The notes under the pieces: model-generated
The model's database searches: none
What the model was told of the DNA's origin: nothing
The model's input: only the letters and a program-made list of their open reading frames with translations
Shown: positions 10,534 through 23,785 of the stretch, piece after piece
Layout: the number at the start of each line of letters is the position of its first letter
Position numbering within the stretch: the stretch's first letter is position 1
Assembly: GCF_018977255.1 (NCBI RefSeq)
Contig: NW_024704742.1
Span: 116,376,001 to 116,440,000 of the forward strand
From: Callorhinchus milii
Lineage: Eukaryota
Reading direction: 5' to 3'
Length of the DNA: 64,000 nt
Translations under genes and position numbers: made by a program

Positions 10534-13500
10534 CTTAGACTCAGAATAATAATACCCACTACACCAGTGTGACAGTTTCATTCCCCATATCATTTATATT
10601 GTGATCACTTTGAGTGAGAATGTATAATTCATTTCTGTTCCGAAGCATGCCTAGTTTTATCTTAAAGTCTTAAGACCAGTGGGAACTGGATTGAGGCTTC
10701 CCAAAGTTATTTCATTTGAAATATCGTCTGATGAATTCAGTACGGGCTGGATTTGAACCCTAGTCCCCGAGATGAAAGCAGTGTTCCACCCTACTTCTTA
10801 GAATCTGTACTTCTAAAGAAAAAATGCATTGTGTTGTAACTTGCTTTGCATTTTTTACTTACTGCCGCTTAAATTGATTCCCTTCTTCAGAAGAGTGTCA
10901 GACATAATAATACAAAAGTCTTTTAAGTGCAAGAAGCAGACAATCCTAGTAAACCCCTGAGAGTGAAGCAGTGTTCAAAGGTTTGATTATTTAATCTGGA
11001 CAGAACCGACCTCAGGACCACTGACAATATGAGGCTCGAAATTCCACCTTGCCTTAGTCATTGAGATCATTTTGTTTCAAAATTTAAGATTAGGCAGAGT
11101 AATGGAAAATTCTTCAATTTAATTTTTACTTCATTTTTAAAACAAATGTTGAAAAACAGTTTCCAAAATTAGCACTGAATTTAAGCACTTTCAACAATTC
11201 TAAGGGCCTTAATTTTTAAGGCAAAATGGTCTCACAGACTGAGATTAGATCAAATCTTTGGGGACTGGTGAGATATTGGTTTTAAGGAAGCCTTGTCCCA
11301 CTGTTACTCCAAGGTTCAAATATCAATAAGGGAAACCAGGTTCAAAATGAAGACGATATTTAACAATTTATTAAATTCTGGCGTTCTGAAATGTTAAATC
11401 AGCAGAGAATCTATTGAATTTTCCCTTAATTCACTTTTAGGCTACATTTCTGTACCCAGAACCTTGCCCACTGTATCACATTCCTACTCTTTCCACTGCC
11501 CTAAGTCTACTATTCTGTGTCTCGTCATGTTCCAGATATTACAGATTTTAGCAAAGGATTTTTTAAGTCCTATACACTGCAAGGTTTCCATTCACACCCT
11601 TAACATATTCACTTTAGATGCAATCAAGTTGAATATCCAGGTGACTACAGTACGCTCTTTATAGTCCCTGCCTGCCTCACAAGCTATCAAATCAGTGATG
11701 TATTTGTGTGATCTTGCAGAACGTTGGCAATACTGACATTGTGTGATGTTTCAAAAACAGTCAATCACAAATTAGAGTTGGAATTTAACTTTTAATGCAA
11801 ATGTTGCATGGGAATTCCTGATTGAAATTGTATTTACCCCTGGAAGCCCAAAACTGGAAGAAATGGTTGAAAACAATGTACACATTGCAACAGCAAATCT
11901 TCCACTACTTTAGCGCAAAAAGATTGGTAAGAATTACAATATGATATATAGTATTTAAGAACATAAATTAATCTATTGTTAAGGAACATGTAATTAATTG
12001 AATGTGTTTAACACAGCTCAGTATCACATTCCATGCAGCAAAACTGCTCTATTTTACATTGCAGCTGCTCCACAGCTCGAGCAAGAATAAAAAGAGCTTT
12101 GTGCTATGCAAAGTGTGTTGCCTAAGAAGATATAAAGCAAAGCATATTAAAAGCTATTAACTGATATACAGTTACAACCTCCTGAACTTCATGAAGAAAG
12201 ATATCTTTTGCTCGTAAGAAAGACAGGTTCTGTAACCTACCCACCTGTATGTTAACTCTTTCAGTTACTGGGTTCTTCAGCACTTTTCACTTGATCCTTA
12301 GAACCAGAGAATGCTACACCACAGAAACAGGCCATTCAGCTCATCAGGTCTGTGCTAGTGTATTCTCCAAGTGAGCCACCTGACCTAATCACACTCTCCT
12401 GCTCGCTCCTCATGCATTTTAATATTTATCCTTTTCAAGCATTTATTTTTTAAAATAATTTACGGATGCTAGTTTCAACTATGCTTCCTTGCAGAGACTT
12501 CCAGGCTCCCTCCACCCAATGTGTATTTCTTTCTAACTTCCCCTTTAATTCCTTTTGTGATTATCCTAAATTTCTGCCCTTTTGTTGGGGAGCAATTGTT
12601 TTTCAAAAAAGCTCTTGCTGTGAACCTTAGGAGTATGTGAACCTCAGTCTGAGACACAGCAATCTCGGATACACACATCTGCATTCTTGTTGAGACTGGC
12701 CACTTTAATGCTGATGAAAATTGATCTCTTTGCATATTGACAGCCAGGGGAAATAATCCTGGTAACTGATGCACTCAGCCAAGCTTTCAAATTCTGATAT
12801 AATTGAAACCTTTTGCTGACTTTTAATTTGTCACGTTGTCGGTTCCTTCAATAATTGACTAAGGGAAGATCTCTCTCACTTGCTGTGTATTATACAGCAA
12901 GCTGAAAAAGCAATGTCAAATGTACATTTATTAATGAACCTGGATGTGCTTGGGTTTGAGTTATTTTGTAATCTATTATATTTTTTAAACATTTAAGAAC
13001 AGACTTAAAGGCACAATTAAGAAAACTATCATTTCAAACCCTTTGGCAAAGCTTAGTTTTGAACTCTTTTGCCCAGGTTACCTCAGACCCCATCTCTTCA
13101 CTTCAGGTACCTGAGACCTCATCTTTCACTCATTCCTTCACCAAACTATCCTCGAACAGAGACTTATCCTAACTCATATCCCACCAGAGCCCAGGAACAT
13201 AAAAAGGCTGGAAACTATTCAAAAAATTCCCAAATTTTCATCAACTTGTTTAAAATTGTGCCAAATATTGAGAATGTGGGTCACTCAGTCCACGACTGTT
13301 TGTGATACACTGCTGTGCACAATTGGCAGCTGTGTTTTGCCCACAAAATGTACAGTCTACAGGATATTCTGTGTAGCGCTTTGAGATATCTCAAAGACGC
13401 GATAAGGCGCTATATCAAATGCAAGGATTACTGTTATAAAATGTTGTGATTTGATTGAAAGGCTCAACAATCAAGTTGCTTGTCTCCAATTGCAAGCTGC

Positions 13501-13683
13501 TGTTCCATCCACACGTTTACTGGTGTTACTTCACTTCTCATTGTGGCAGCTACATAAAATGTTTCCCATTGCAAGATAATGTGCTATCATCAGTTCCATA
13601 GCCACAGAATCAATGTTCACGTCCCTGTCTAACTACACTAAGCATATTGTACTAACAAAACATCAGCCTCAATCAAGCAATAC

Positions 13684-13930
13684 CTGAATGTAACCTACAC
13701 CTTACATCTGAATAAAGACTCTCACAATGGAACATAGAGACCGTTGAGAAATCTCCAAATAGACCAATATGATCCCCAGAACAACAGAAAAGCAATGATT
13801 ATTCCTGCTGGTAAATCGTCAAGAAGAGTGCAACAGCAACCATACATCTTGTAGAATCAGCACAGTAACTTTCTACCCATAACCAAAAATAACGTACAAA
13901 GCTACTTCTCCAAGATATTGGCACAAAGTC
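13684..13930 (-). pseudogene. Pseudo-exon DFVPISWRSSFVRYFWLWVESY... / AFLLFWGSYWSIWRF
   Basis: ctaatattgacacag acceptor, CAG|gtattg donor; frameshifted W-rich segments. Confidence 0.5.
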
Positions 13931-13949
13931 CTGTGTCAATATTAGGTTA

Positions 13950-14345
13950 GGTTCCTTAGCCTCCTTCAAGTTCCACCTCAAAACCCTCTTCTTCGACCAT
14001 GCCATCATCCACCCCCCCTTCCTCTCCCCTCCCTTCTCCCTCCCTGATCCTAGCTTGGGTCTGAAATGCTGTACACTGTCCAGTGCCTTGGGACACCTAA
14101 TAATAATCCCGCCAAAAAAGAAAACAATAATAAATTGGTCATTTTCAATCAACAACTGTTTGTGGGACACTGCTGTGCACAATTGGCTGCCGTGTTTCGA
14201 CCACAAATTTACAGTGAATTCACTTTACAGCATATTCTGTGAAGCACTTTGAGACATCTAGAAGATGTGAAAAGCGCTATATCAAATGCAAGGATTATTA
14301 TTATAATTATTGTTATACAAATGTAATCTTGTTGTTTTTGTTGTC
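13950..14345 (+). mobile_element. L2 3' end with nested SINE (14097-14305)
   Basis: L2 3' UTR is broken at gggacac and resumes as tatacaaatgtaatcttgttg after the SINE tail. Confidence 0.75.
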
Positions 14346-15580
14346 TTCCCACAATACTAAACTAAAATACTCATGCTCCAAATAAAACATTCTTCAAAAA
14401 AAATAAAACATAGATGAAGAAAATCTGAGTGAGCTGTTTAACCGGATGTACTGATACAGTATAAGCATCAATCATTCCATTCGGTAGAAAAGCAAGTAAA
14501 TAGCAGTTGTGCAGTAGCTTGTGGAGGAGGCTATTCTTATCTGTTCTGTCCTACCTCCTTTTTCTTTTCGAATACTGCCAAGGGATCTTTAACATCCACC
14601 TCAACAGGCAGATGGGACCTCAATTTAATAATATTAATAATAATAATAATCCTAGCATTCGGTATAGCTCCTTATCTCATCAAGATAGATGAAAGCATTT
14701 CAAAAATTTACTGTAAATTGGATTGACTGTGTATTTTGTAGGTGAAATGTGGCAGCCAGTTTGCACACAGCGATGTCTGACAGGTAGCCATGGAGTGATT
14801 GACCAATGGTTTAACATCTCATCCAAAGGACAGCATCTCCAACAATGAAACACACCCCCACCACTGGAGTGTCTGTTTAAATTATATGAATTTTCACCCT
14901 GAGGTGGGGCTAATAATAATCCTTGCTTGTTATTACAGACTATAACACCAAAATATCTCAAAGCCCTTCAAAAAGAATTGCTATCAAGTGTACTGATTGT
15001 GATTAATAGTATTAATTATAATAATAATCCTTGCATTTGGTGTAGCAACTTTCACATTAAGAGGATGTCCCAAAGCACTTCACGGTATTTGCTGCAAAGT
15101 GAAGTGACTGTATTTGTGTGCGAATGCAGCAGCCAATTTTCGCAAAGCAATGTCCCACAAACAGCCATGAAGTAATTGTTTATTTTGTAGGCAAACATGG
15201 CAGCCATTTTTTACACAGCAATGAAATGAATGTTCAATTTAAGTGAAGAAAAGATATTCAGACGTTCAACTAAAAAAAGTGATTATTCAGCACTCAAAGA
15301 GTTAATGTATTGGCATAGTAATCTGGCATCAAAAAAACAAGTAAAATCAGTGCTGTTCTATGGATTCAGCACCATTAAATATTAGAGTAAGTTTAAAATA
15401 GTTCAACAAAATCATAACTAAATAAATTCCTTGCATTTGATATAGTGCCTTTCAAGTCATTAAAACGTCTCGAAGTTCACGAATTCAGTGATTCACTGTG
15501 TAGTGTAGTCGCTGTGCATTTTGTAGCCAAATGCAGTGACAATTTTCACACACCAATGTCCCACGAAAAATATTGCATAC

Positions 15581-15690
15581 CTTATGGATAATCCAGATGT
15601 AGATAACAACAGGAGGAAAACAAATCCTGTATATATTCATTGTGTATATACTAACGATTTTGTAAATTCCTCCAATGTCGGCTTCATAGG
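15581..15690 (-). pseudogene. Pseudo-exon (110 nt) YEADIGGIYKIVSIYTMNIYRICFPPVVIYIWIIHK
   Basis: tttcatatctcgtag acceptor and AAG|gtatgc donor; the open frame ends in phase with exon 13930. Confidence 0.5.
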
Positions 15691-15963
15691 CTACGAGATA
15701 TGAAATATGTATTCAGTTTAAGGGCAAGTTAAATACAGTATTATAATTGCTCTGAACACTAAAATACAGAGAATAATTTTTTTAACAGAAAAAATATACA
15801 GTGCCAAATATAAAAATGTTTACTGATGCACACTAAGCTTTTCAAACGATTTGTCATGGAGACTTAGAAATCCTTTTACAAGGGATCTGTATTTCCTTAA
15901 TTGGATTTGGTTGAATTTAATCTAATAAAATCCTTTCTTATTTACTTAATTTATTTACTTTAC

Positions 15964-16477
15964 TTTAAGCTTGTGTGCAACCCATCTTCATACAATGGGT
16001 GTGAAATCCAAAGCTATGGTTTATGTTCAGCAATTTATGCTTCCCATAAGTGAGATCTTCTGTGAACCTTCTTAATGGCACATTAGCATCAAAAGATATG
16101 CATCGCTTCACAATGCAGTAAATAAAAGAACACTTTGATGCCAGCTATTACAATGGTTTTATGGGTGCAGATGTACTGAACAAGTCAGTTTGGAAACAAA
16201 ATGGCTGAAATTTCTTGACTATAGCTCTTTGAAACTGTGCTGTCTTCGCTCACAGTCCTGTCTGCTACCAATTACTGAAAGTTGTTTTTAAAATAAAGTG
16301 ACGAATATACTTTATTTTAGAAATCTGCTTAGATGCCTATAGAGTCAACATATTAGCAAATACTCCTAGATAAACATGCCAAGTCCTCAATCATTCATAC
16401 AGAACATACTCTAAGCATTTGTCCCCAACATTTTGTTGGTCAATTTTGTTTCTCAAGAAAGCGGTCTTCCAAGGTTG
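15964..16477 (-). pseudogene. Pseudo-exon QPWKTAFLRNKIDQQ...YE*LRTWHVYL...HFILKTTFSNW*QTGL*AKTAQFQRAIVKKF
   Basis: gtttttctgtag acceptor; long single frame with scattered stops and SFI1-like W motifs. Confidence 0.55.
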
Positions 16478-16709
16478 CTACAGAAAAACCCAATTAAGTT
16501 TCCCCAAAGGAGGATAGTCACTAGTTGGTCATTTTACACTTAACAAGCATGGATTTCAGCCCTTACAAGGTGAAGGGCAGGTACCAAGAACTCCGTGGTG
16601 AGCAGCGCAGCTCAGCATGAAATGCACAAGAGCATTGTCACCATCTCCCTGCTAAAGGCCGAGACACACATCCCTTCCTCATCATGAGCAATGCTTTCAC
16701 TATAATAAT

Positions 16710-17145
16710 TTTATAATACTTGCATTTGATACAGTGCCTTTCAAGGCTGAAGGATGTCCATAAGCGTTTTGCAGGATATACTATAAACACCGTGACTGTA
16801 TTTTGTGGGTGAATGCAACAGCCAATTTTGCACGTAGCAATGACCAACAAACACCCATGGAGTGAATGGCCAATTTTATTTGGGGGATTGTCCATTAGAA
16901 CACTGGAAAAAACTCCATTATCTTTTTGAATAGTGCCATGGGATCTTTAACATCCACCTGAACAGGAAGACAGGGCCTCGGTTTAATATCTCATCCAATG
17001 GATGGCACCTCCAACAAAGCAGAACATCCCCAGCACAGGGGTGTCGAGCTTAGACTATATAAATTCCAAATCGTGACATAGAGCTTGAACCCACAACCTT
17101 CTGACTCAGAGGTGAGAGTCCTACTAACTGAGCCAGGCTGGCACA
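16710..17145 (-). mobile_element. Older tRNA/Deu-domain SINE (SacSINE1-like), near full length
   Basis: tRNA-like head cagcctggctcagttagtagg...tctgagtcagaaggttgtgggttcaag, Deu-like core gatgttaaagatcccatggcactatt, L2-type tail. Confidence 0.8.
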
Positions 17146-17149
17146 CTAG

Positions 17150-18620
17150 TGACGTGATTGATCTCCATATAGGAGCCACAATCTTAGCACCATTTCTAAA
17201 ACTGTAAACTATGATGATTTTAATGCTCAATCCCCAGCAGTCTGTTGAGAGCAATAAACAGCAGGGGAAGCTGAGAGCTAAAGTGAAGAATCAACACAAT
17301 GGTGTTTCAGCACTCTTAAGTGTGAAGAGAATGTCACAAGTGCGAGGTCAGCCATTGCATGTTAACATTGCCTTTAAAATAAGGCAGGCTACACAATGCT
17401 TCAACACCTTAGAGTCCTTTCAAAGAGCACTGAGTGAGGTGAAGGTTTGATCCTCTCACCCCACTGTGTTCTCAGATTCAGTATCATTACAGTGGGGAAG
17501 CTCTCAGTGGAGTCCAGGCTCTATAATTTTCACTGTCTTGTACCTCCTAGTATCTGGGCCACGAACAGTGGGTGCAGAAAACAACAACATTAATAATAAT
17601 TTGTGCATTTGATATAATAATAATCCTTGCATTTGATATAGCGCTTTTCACGTCTTCTAGACGTCCCAAAGCGCTTCACAGAATATACTGTAAAGTGAAT
17701 TGGCTGTATATTTGTGAGTGAACGCATCATCCAATTGCACACAGCAATGTCCCACAAACAGTCATGGATTGAAAATGACCAATTTATTATTGTTTTTTGT
17801 TTTGGAGGGATTATTATTAGGCGTGTGGAGTAAGGAAACTTGCCCAAGGTTTCGCCCTGCCTGGAATTGAACTCAGGTCTCTCACTTGCAAAGCGAATTT
17901 TCAGCAGATTTTGTGCTGGTTTATTCTTTCATATTCCAAAATGTAAACATCTTCCAGAGAAGTTAGAGGCAGCCACTTTGTTTTTAATGTTTCCAGGACA
18001 CAATGAGACATTCACCTATGTAGCAACAAGGCATGAAAGGCACCAAGAAACACTCGGAAGCAATGAAACTGCAATTATATTTTCCTAATGACTGAAGGAG
18101 TACAATAGTTCTGTCTGAATGTGATTGGAATACCTCATTAATCCGGAAAGGTCACTTCCACACTGGGGCCCATGTGTTGGGTTTAACTGCTTCAGATTTG
18201 GATATATTTTTCACATTAAAATATTATAGCATTCATCCGCAAAGTGACAAAAATATCCCGTTGCTCACTTCCTTCACCGCTCCCATTGTGCACCTAACTA
18301 CTGGATAACAGCTGTCGTTCCTTTATAATAATCAGTGCACAGTGATATGCAGGCAACATAATTATTTTCCTCATCTCACAAAGTCTTCCATTCTCAGTTA
18401 ATGAGATCTTCAAACACTGGATCCCCAGCACAGACTTCATCAAAACATTTCAGACAGATTCATCTTTTTAACAAGATTCTGGACAGACTCACGTAATCTC
18501 ATCAGTTAACGCAGCAGGATACTGGTGGGGCAATGGCATAGCAAGCTGGAGACACATCACTTGATGTCGAGGTGTTTCTCCTGCCAGACATGAATGAATT
18601 TGCAGAGAACACAGTGCTCA
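17150..18620 (-). pseudogene. Decayed coding block EHCVLCKFIHVWQEKH ... LLWKMFTFWNMKE
   Basis: Clear SFI1-type repeat at ~18620-18573; split by SINE 17610-17897 and bounded by SINE 18622-18925. Confidence 0.55.
17610..17897 (-). mobile_element. Young-family SINE
   Basis: Partial tRNA head, body and tail match 23464-23785. Confidence 0.9.
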
Positions 18621-18621
18621 A

Positions 18622-18925
18622 TAATATAATACTAATGCTTGCATTTTATATTGTGCCTATAACTTCGGGAGGACGTTTCAAAATGCCTTGCAGGGAATTT
18701 CTATAAAGTGGATGAAGTTGTATTTGTAAATGAACACAGCAGCCAATTTGTACACAGCAGTGTCACAAAAACAGCCATGAAGTGAACGACCAATTTTATT
18801 TAGGGAATTGTTGGCCTGGACACCAGGAGAAAGTTCTTTCTCTTTTAGAAGAATACAATGAGAACCATAACGTCCATTTAAACAGGCAGACGAAACCTCG
18901 GTGTAATGTTTTATCCAAATTCCAA
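18622..18925 (-). mobile_element. Older Deu-type SINE
   Basis: Diverged Deu core plus tail. Confidence 0.7.
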
Positions 18926-19259
18926 ACAAGAATTAGCAAAAAGTAATTCCTATGTGGAAAGTCACAAAGGTAACATCATGAATAAAATTAAATAAATGTT
19001 CTGACCCACTATATTTAATCGGTGAAGAGTCAAATCTGGATTTAGGACTATTCACATTTAATAAATGAAGATTACATGAATAATGGTTTAATGTCATGGG
19101 ATTTAAATGATTAATATGCTGTTCCTGGGTTGAAAAGTGAAGCTTTTTAAATATCGGATGAGAAGAAAATGATTTATTAAATTGAATCTGACAAAATCTA
19201 ATTTTAAAAATGCACATTTCGTGCAAAAGGATTTGCAGATTTAATGAAAGGCTGTGGTT

Positions 19260-20478
19260 TTCATTAAATATTTGTTTTTAAATACCAGACATGTTCTGGG
19301 TTGCCTACACTTTTGTGACATACACTGAATGCATCAAATCTGTGCTCAGCAATAATAACTGACTTTAGAGCAAAAGGTTAAAAACACAGAGGGGGTTAGT
19401 TTCCTCCATGCATTCCATTTCTTATTTCTTCCTCTGTTTCATTGTTGAGTGTGCTGATGCTGTTTCCTCTTCTGGCTGTGATTTGGAGAAGTTCAAGGAC
19501 ATCAACTTGCACCTTTCAAATGGGAAAATATCTCAAAGCACTTTACAGGGGTGGCAGAGATCAATAAACAAGTTGGAAAGAAGGGTTGTTCGGTGGTAGG
19601 TGGCCAAAACGACAGTTGAAGAGATAGATTTTTGGATGGATTTTGAACAAAACAATGGAGAGGGTGTGAAGTCAAAAAGTTTTGGGAGAGTTGCAGAAAG
19701 CAGGGATATTATAGCTGAACCGATGTACTGTATTAAATGTCACATCCAATGTCAAATGTTCATCTATTGCAAAACCACTGACTGTCACAGATACTTTTGT
19801 TCTGATGACGTTTCACACTCACAATGTTATTCTACTTTCCTTTTCCAGAAGCTGATCAATCTATTGTGTTGTTTAAGTTTGCTTACAAAATCACAGTCAC
19901 TGCACTTTACAGTATATCCCGTAAAGCGCTTTGAAACATCCTCCCGACATGAAAGGTACTTTATCAAATGTCAGGATCATTTATACTAATTATTTAAAAT
20001 TTCTAGCATTCAAAGATTCATGTAGTTTCTCATGTGAGCCAAAACAGGGAATGTTGGTAGGATAAGTGATCAAAGTAGGTCGCAGTGCGTGGGTAGGTGG
20101 GTGGGGGCAGTTACAGCAGAACTCAACCCCTTATTCAAAACCACAAACTGAACTGAAGACTTAATGTTTTTTTTTAATCTCACAAAGTAGTAGATATGTT
20201 GCAGAGGGTTCCAAGACAAATGTGGATTAATTCCTTCAAAAGAATGGATATGTTGGGATGAGGACATTCTTGAAAGTATTGGGATAGCTGCAGATTGAGA
20301 TGTATAAATATTTCACAGGAAACAATGATTGCGCTGTTTACTGGGTCATTTGCAGACTGGAGATATGTCTGTGGATGGATGAAGGTTCACTTTGAATAGT
20401 AGAAATGTGGAGAAGTATGAGGAATCATTGAATGATTGCCTCTGGTGCTCAGGGAGTGTCCATACAATGCTTTTCCCT
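19260..20478 (-). pseudogene. Decayed coding block LAHMRNYMNL*ML / HNRLISFWKRKVE / ASAHSTMKQRKK..KKWNAWRKLT
   Basis: Multiple W-repeats in pieces separated by a SINE tail (~19880-19985) and an L2-like fragment (~19500-19710). Confidence 0.55.
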
Positions 20479-21109
20479 CGGGAGACAGAATGGGTGGGGT
20501 GATGCCCATGATAGGGTAGATCTTGTATGAAGTGCTTTCTTATGTTCTTAAGTATTTCTTAGACATTGGCTGTTCAGATTTTTTTGCTCAGTGATTATTA
20601 TTTAACTCCCAGGTGCTTGAAATAAACCTTTTGAACTTCAAATTTCAAAGGGTCTGTTGGTAGCCTGCTGGAGTTCCTTTAAGTATTTGATGTTATTAAA
20701 GAGCTCGCTGGATAGTCTGACATTCACTAAAACTGTTTGTCTGTTCAGGTGGCTATCAAAGATCTTGTGACACTATTCAAAAAGAGAAAGAAGTTTCTGC
20801 TGGCAATCTGGCCAACAGTCATCCCTTTAAATTTGATCATTCGCTTCATGGCTATTAGTGGGGCATTTCTGTGCAAATTGGTGGCTGGGTTATATAATAA
20901 TGTGATATAATCCTTGCATTTGATTTAGCGCCTGATCACGTCTTCGAGATGTCTCAAAATGCTTCACAGAATATACTGTAAAGTGTAGTGACTGTATTTT
21001 TGTGGCCGAAATGAGGTAGCCAATTGCGCACAGCAGTGTACCACAAACAGTCATGGATTGAGTGACCACATTTTTCTTGGAGTGGGTGGGGGGAATAGTC
21101 CCTGGTCTG

Positions 21110-21480
21110 TACTGATTATCCTCACACTTGTCTTCAAATCCCTTTATGCCCTGGCACCTCCCTACCTCTCCCACCTGCTCATTCCCTACCCCATTACCCG
21201 CTGCCTCCACTCGACTGGATCTGGCGTCCTGCTTGTCCCTCGTACCCTCCATTCCACCATCGGCATCTGTGCTTTCAGCCATGACACCCAGAAACTCTGG
21301 ATCATTCTTTCTCTATCCCTCCACTTTGCTCCCTCCTTTCCCATCTTCAGATCATGCCTGAAGACCTTCCTCTTCGACTGTGCTTACGGTCATGTCCTCC
21401 TGGCTCGGTGGCAGGCTTCACCACTGTCAAGCACTCTGGAACGCTACCCTGCGTGAGGGTGAATATCCAAATTAACGCTG
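21110..21480 (+). mobile_element. L2 3' fragment
   Basis: LVFKSLYALAPPYL...CLKTFLFD. Confidence 0.8.
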
Positions 21481-21795
21481 TTGCATTCGTAGCAAGGAGA
21501 AATAGAAATCTCGATGGAAATCCAACCAGTGATATATTGACATGAATTTGAGTCCTTATTCATAAATCCTGTCAGAAATCACTACAATTTGGATCTCTTC
21601 AGAGTCAGGTTTACTCTGGAAAGGCTGTTGTACTAAATGAGGTATCGATGGGGATCAGGTATTATGGGTTCCTGTACAGATTAATTTTCAACCCTGAAGG
21701 GGATAGTTCTTCTGTATCCACGGGGAGATCAGAACCGAATAGGGACTAGTATCTTGTAATTGACTGCAAATTGATTCTAACCTACAGCTGAGAGC

Positions 21796-22232
21796 AACAA
21801 CAACAACAAAATTCCATTTATAGAGCGCCTTTCACGTCGGGAGGACGTCCCAAGGTGCTGTACAATTGGGTCAGGACCCGAGCAGGGGGGAAATGGTCAG
21901 GGTGAGGGGAGGGAAGGGAGGGAGCGAGGAGGGGGTAGAGAGTCGAGAGGGGAGCTGAAGGCACGGTCAAAGAGAAAGGTCTTGAGACCAGCCTTGAAGG
22001 AGGAAAGGGAGGAGGCAAGGCAAAGGCACTGGGGGATAGAGTTCCAGAGCCTAGGGGCTGAGAGGCTGAAGGCCCGTCTACCGATGGTAGGGCGGTTGGG
22101 GTGGGGGATGTGGAGCAGACCGGAGCCAGAGGAAAGGAGGGTACGGGCAGGTAGGTAGGGGGATAGTAGGACAGAGAGGTAGGAGGGAGCAAGGCCGTGA
22201 ATGGCTTTGTAGGTGAGGATGAGGATCTTGAA
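21796..22232 (-). mobile_element. Young L2 3' fragment
   Basis: [19 protein letters not shown]...LKTFLFDRAF; (TTG)n tail; close to 62680-63120. Confidence 0.92.
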
Positions 22233-22769
22233 ACTATTGGAGAAGATTATAGCAAGAAGGGTGGTTGAGATAGAATTGGTACAGAGATGAAAAATATGAC
22301 TTTTAATATCAGTTTCAATGCAATTACAATGGAGCATAGTCTTAGAGTCAGAATCAAGAGGCTTAGCATTGGGGTCAGGAAGTAACTCTTCACTTAAAAT
22401 GTGAAATGCTCTGCCCTAGAAAGTTGCAGAGGCAGAATCCATGATGTAAAAACACAGATATTGGGTAGAAACACATAGAATCACATAGAATGGTATGGCA
22501 CGGAAATAGGACATTCATTGAGTCTCGAATGCCAATTGGACATTCTTTCATAATTTGCATTTGACTATTCTCCTTGGGGGAGCTAAGTAGGATCTCCTTG
22601 GAGCTGAGCTGATTCCAAAGTGATGTGCTTGGCAATGGAATGTTGGAATCAACTTAATTCTCTACACAGCAGCGGGAAAGATTGCCAGACATTGATCTCA
22701 AAGGCAAGCCATGGGGTTTTAGCTGTAGCAGTACCCCAACACACACTGGGGTCCCCAAACTCTCCCCAA

Positions 22770-23290
22770 CCTGCCTTGATTGCTCTCCAGAATAAGGTAA
22801 GCAGGTCGCATCTTTCCAGGAAGATAATGGACATTCCGTTCCAGACACAGAGATATGTTGTTGTGAGGGTGACATGCATATGTAGAACACTCAGTCTGGT
22901 TTGGATACTCTTAAGTATGGTGATGGGTTTCCGCAACTGTCAGACAACCGGCTGATAAAACAAAAAATCACAATTTGGCTTACAAGCACAAAATCATCCT
23001 CTTGAATGGTGAGCATGTGCAGGTTTTCTTATTCTGCCAGCTGCTCCTCTGCTTTAATGTTGAGGCAAACACACGCCTGCTACTACGTGATACAAGAAGA
23101 CTAGTTTTAATTATGGGCTTAGCAGATCAGAAAATTTTCTGAATTCCGCATGAGGTCTGCTTGAGCTAGAATATCTCAGCTTGTTTGTCCATGTTCTGAG
23201 CGCCTCAGGAACTCCATTCAAGCAACTGCTCCACTAACTGTCGCACTTACAGCACTCCATGTCCTGAAAGTATGTGGTGCTCGCTGAGCA
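22770..23290 (-). pseudogene. Decayed coding block HTFRTWSAVS / EALRTWTNKLRY / HMHVTLTTTYLCVWNGMS
   Basis: Three W-repeat remnants with frameshifts; part is ORF 22649..22936. Confidence 0.5.
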
Positions 23291-23463
23291 GGCAGCGGGA
23301 AGCATGCCAAACAGTGCTCTCAAAGGCAAGCTATATGGTTTTAGCTGGTTAAACTCCAGAAATACCCCCACACACTCTTGGGTCCCCAAGACTTGTCTCT
23401 TTCATCAATCTTTGTGCACCTAATATTCTCTGGAAATTAGATAATTAGAAAAATTTTAAAATT

Positions 23464-23785
23464 TGTGGAGTCCTGTAGCTCAGTGGTTAGAGCACTCGCT
23501 TTGCAAGCCAGAGACCTGAGTTCAATTCCAGGCAGGGCGAAACCTTGGGCAAGTTTCCTTACTCCACACGCCTAATAATAATCCCTCCAAAAACAAAAAC
23601 AATAATAAAATTGGTCATTTTCAATCTACGATTGTTTGTGGGACATTGCTGTGCACAATTGGCTGCCGCGTTCGCCCACAAATATATACAGTCAATTCAC
23701 TTTACAGTGTGTTCTGTGAAGCGCTTTGGGACGCCCTCCCTACGTGAAAAGCGCTATATCAAATGCAAGAATTATTATTATTATA
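23464..23785 (+). mobile_element. Full-length young tRNA-derived SINE with L2-type tail
   Basis: A box tagctcagtgg, B box gagttcaattcc, body, stem-loop and (ATT)n tail. Confidence 0.92.

Noticed and set aside
23466..23540. tRNA-Ala(TGC)-like gene (also ~46330-46405 and ~59893-59960)
   Set aside because: It is a SINE head: no proper acceptor stem or terminator, and it continues into the SINE body.
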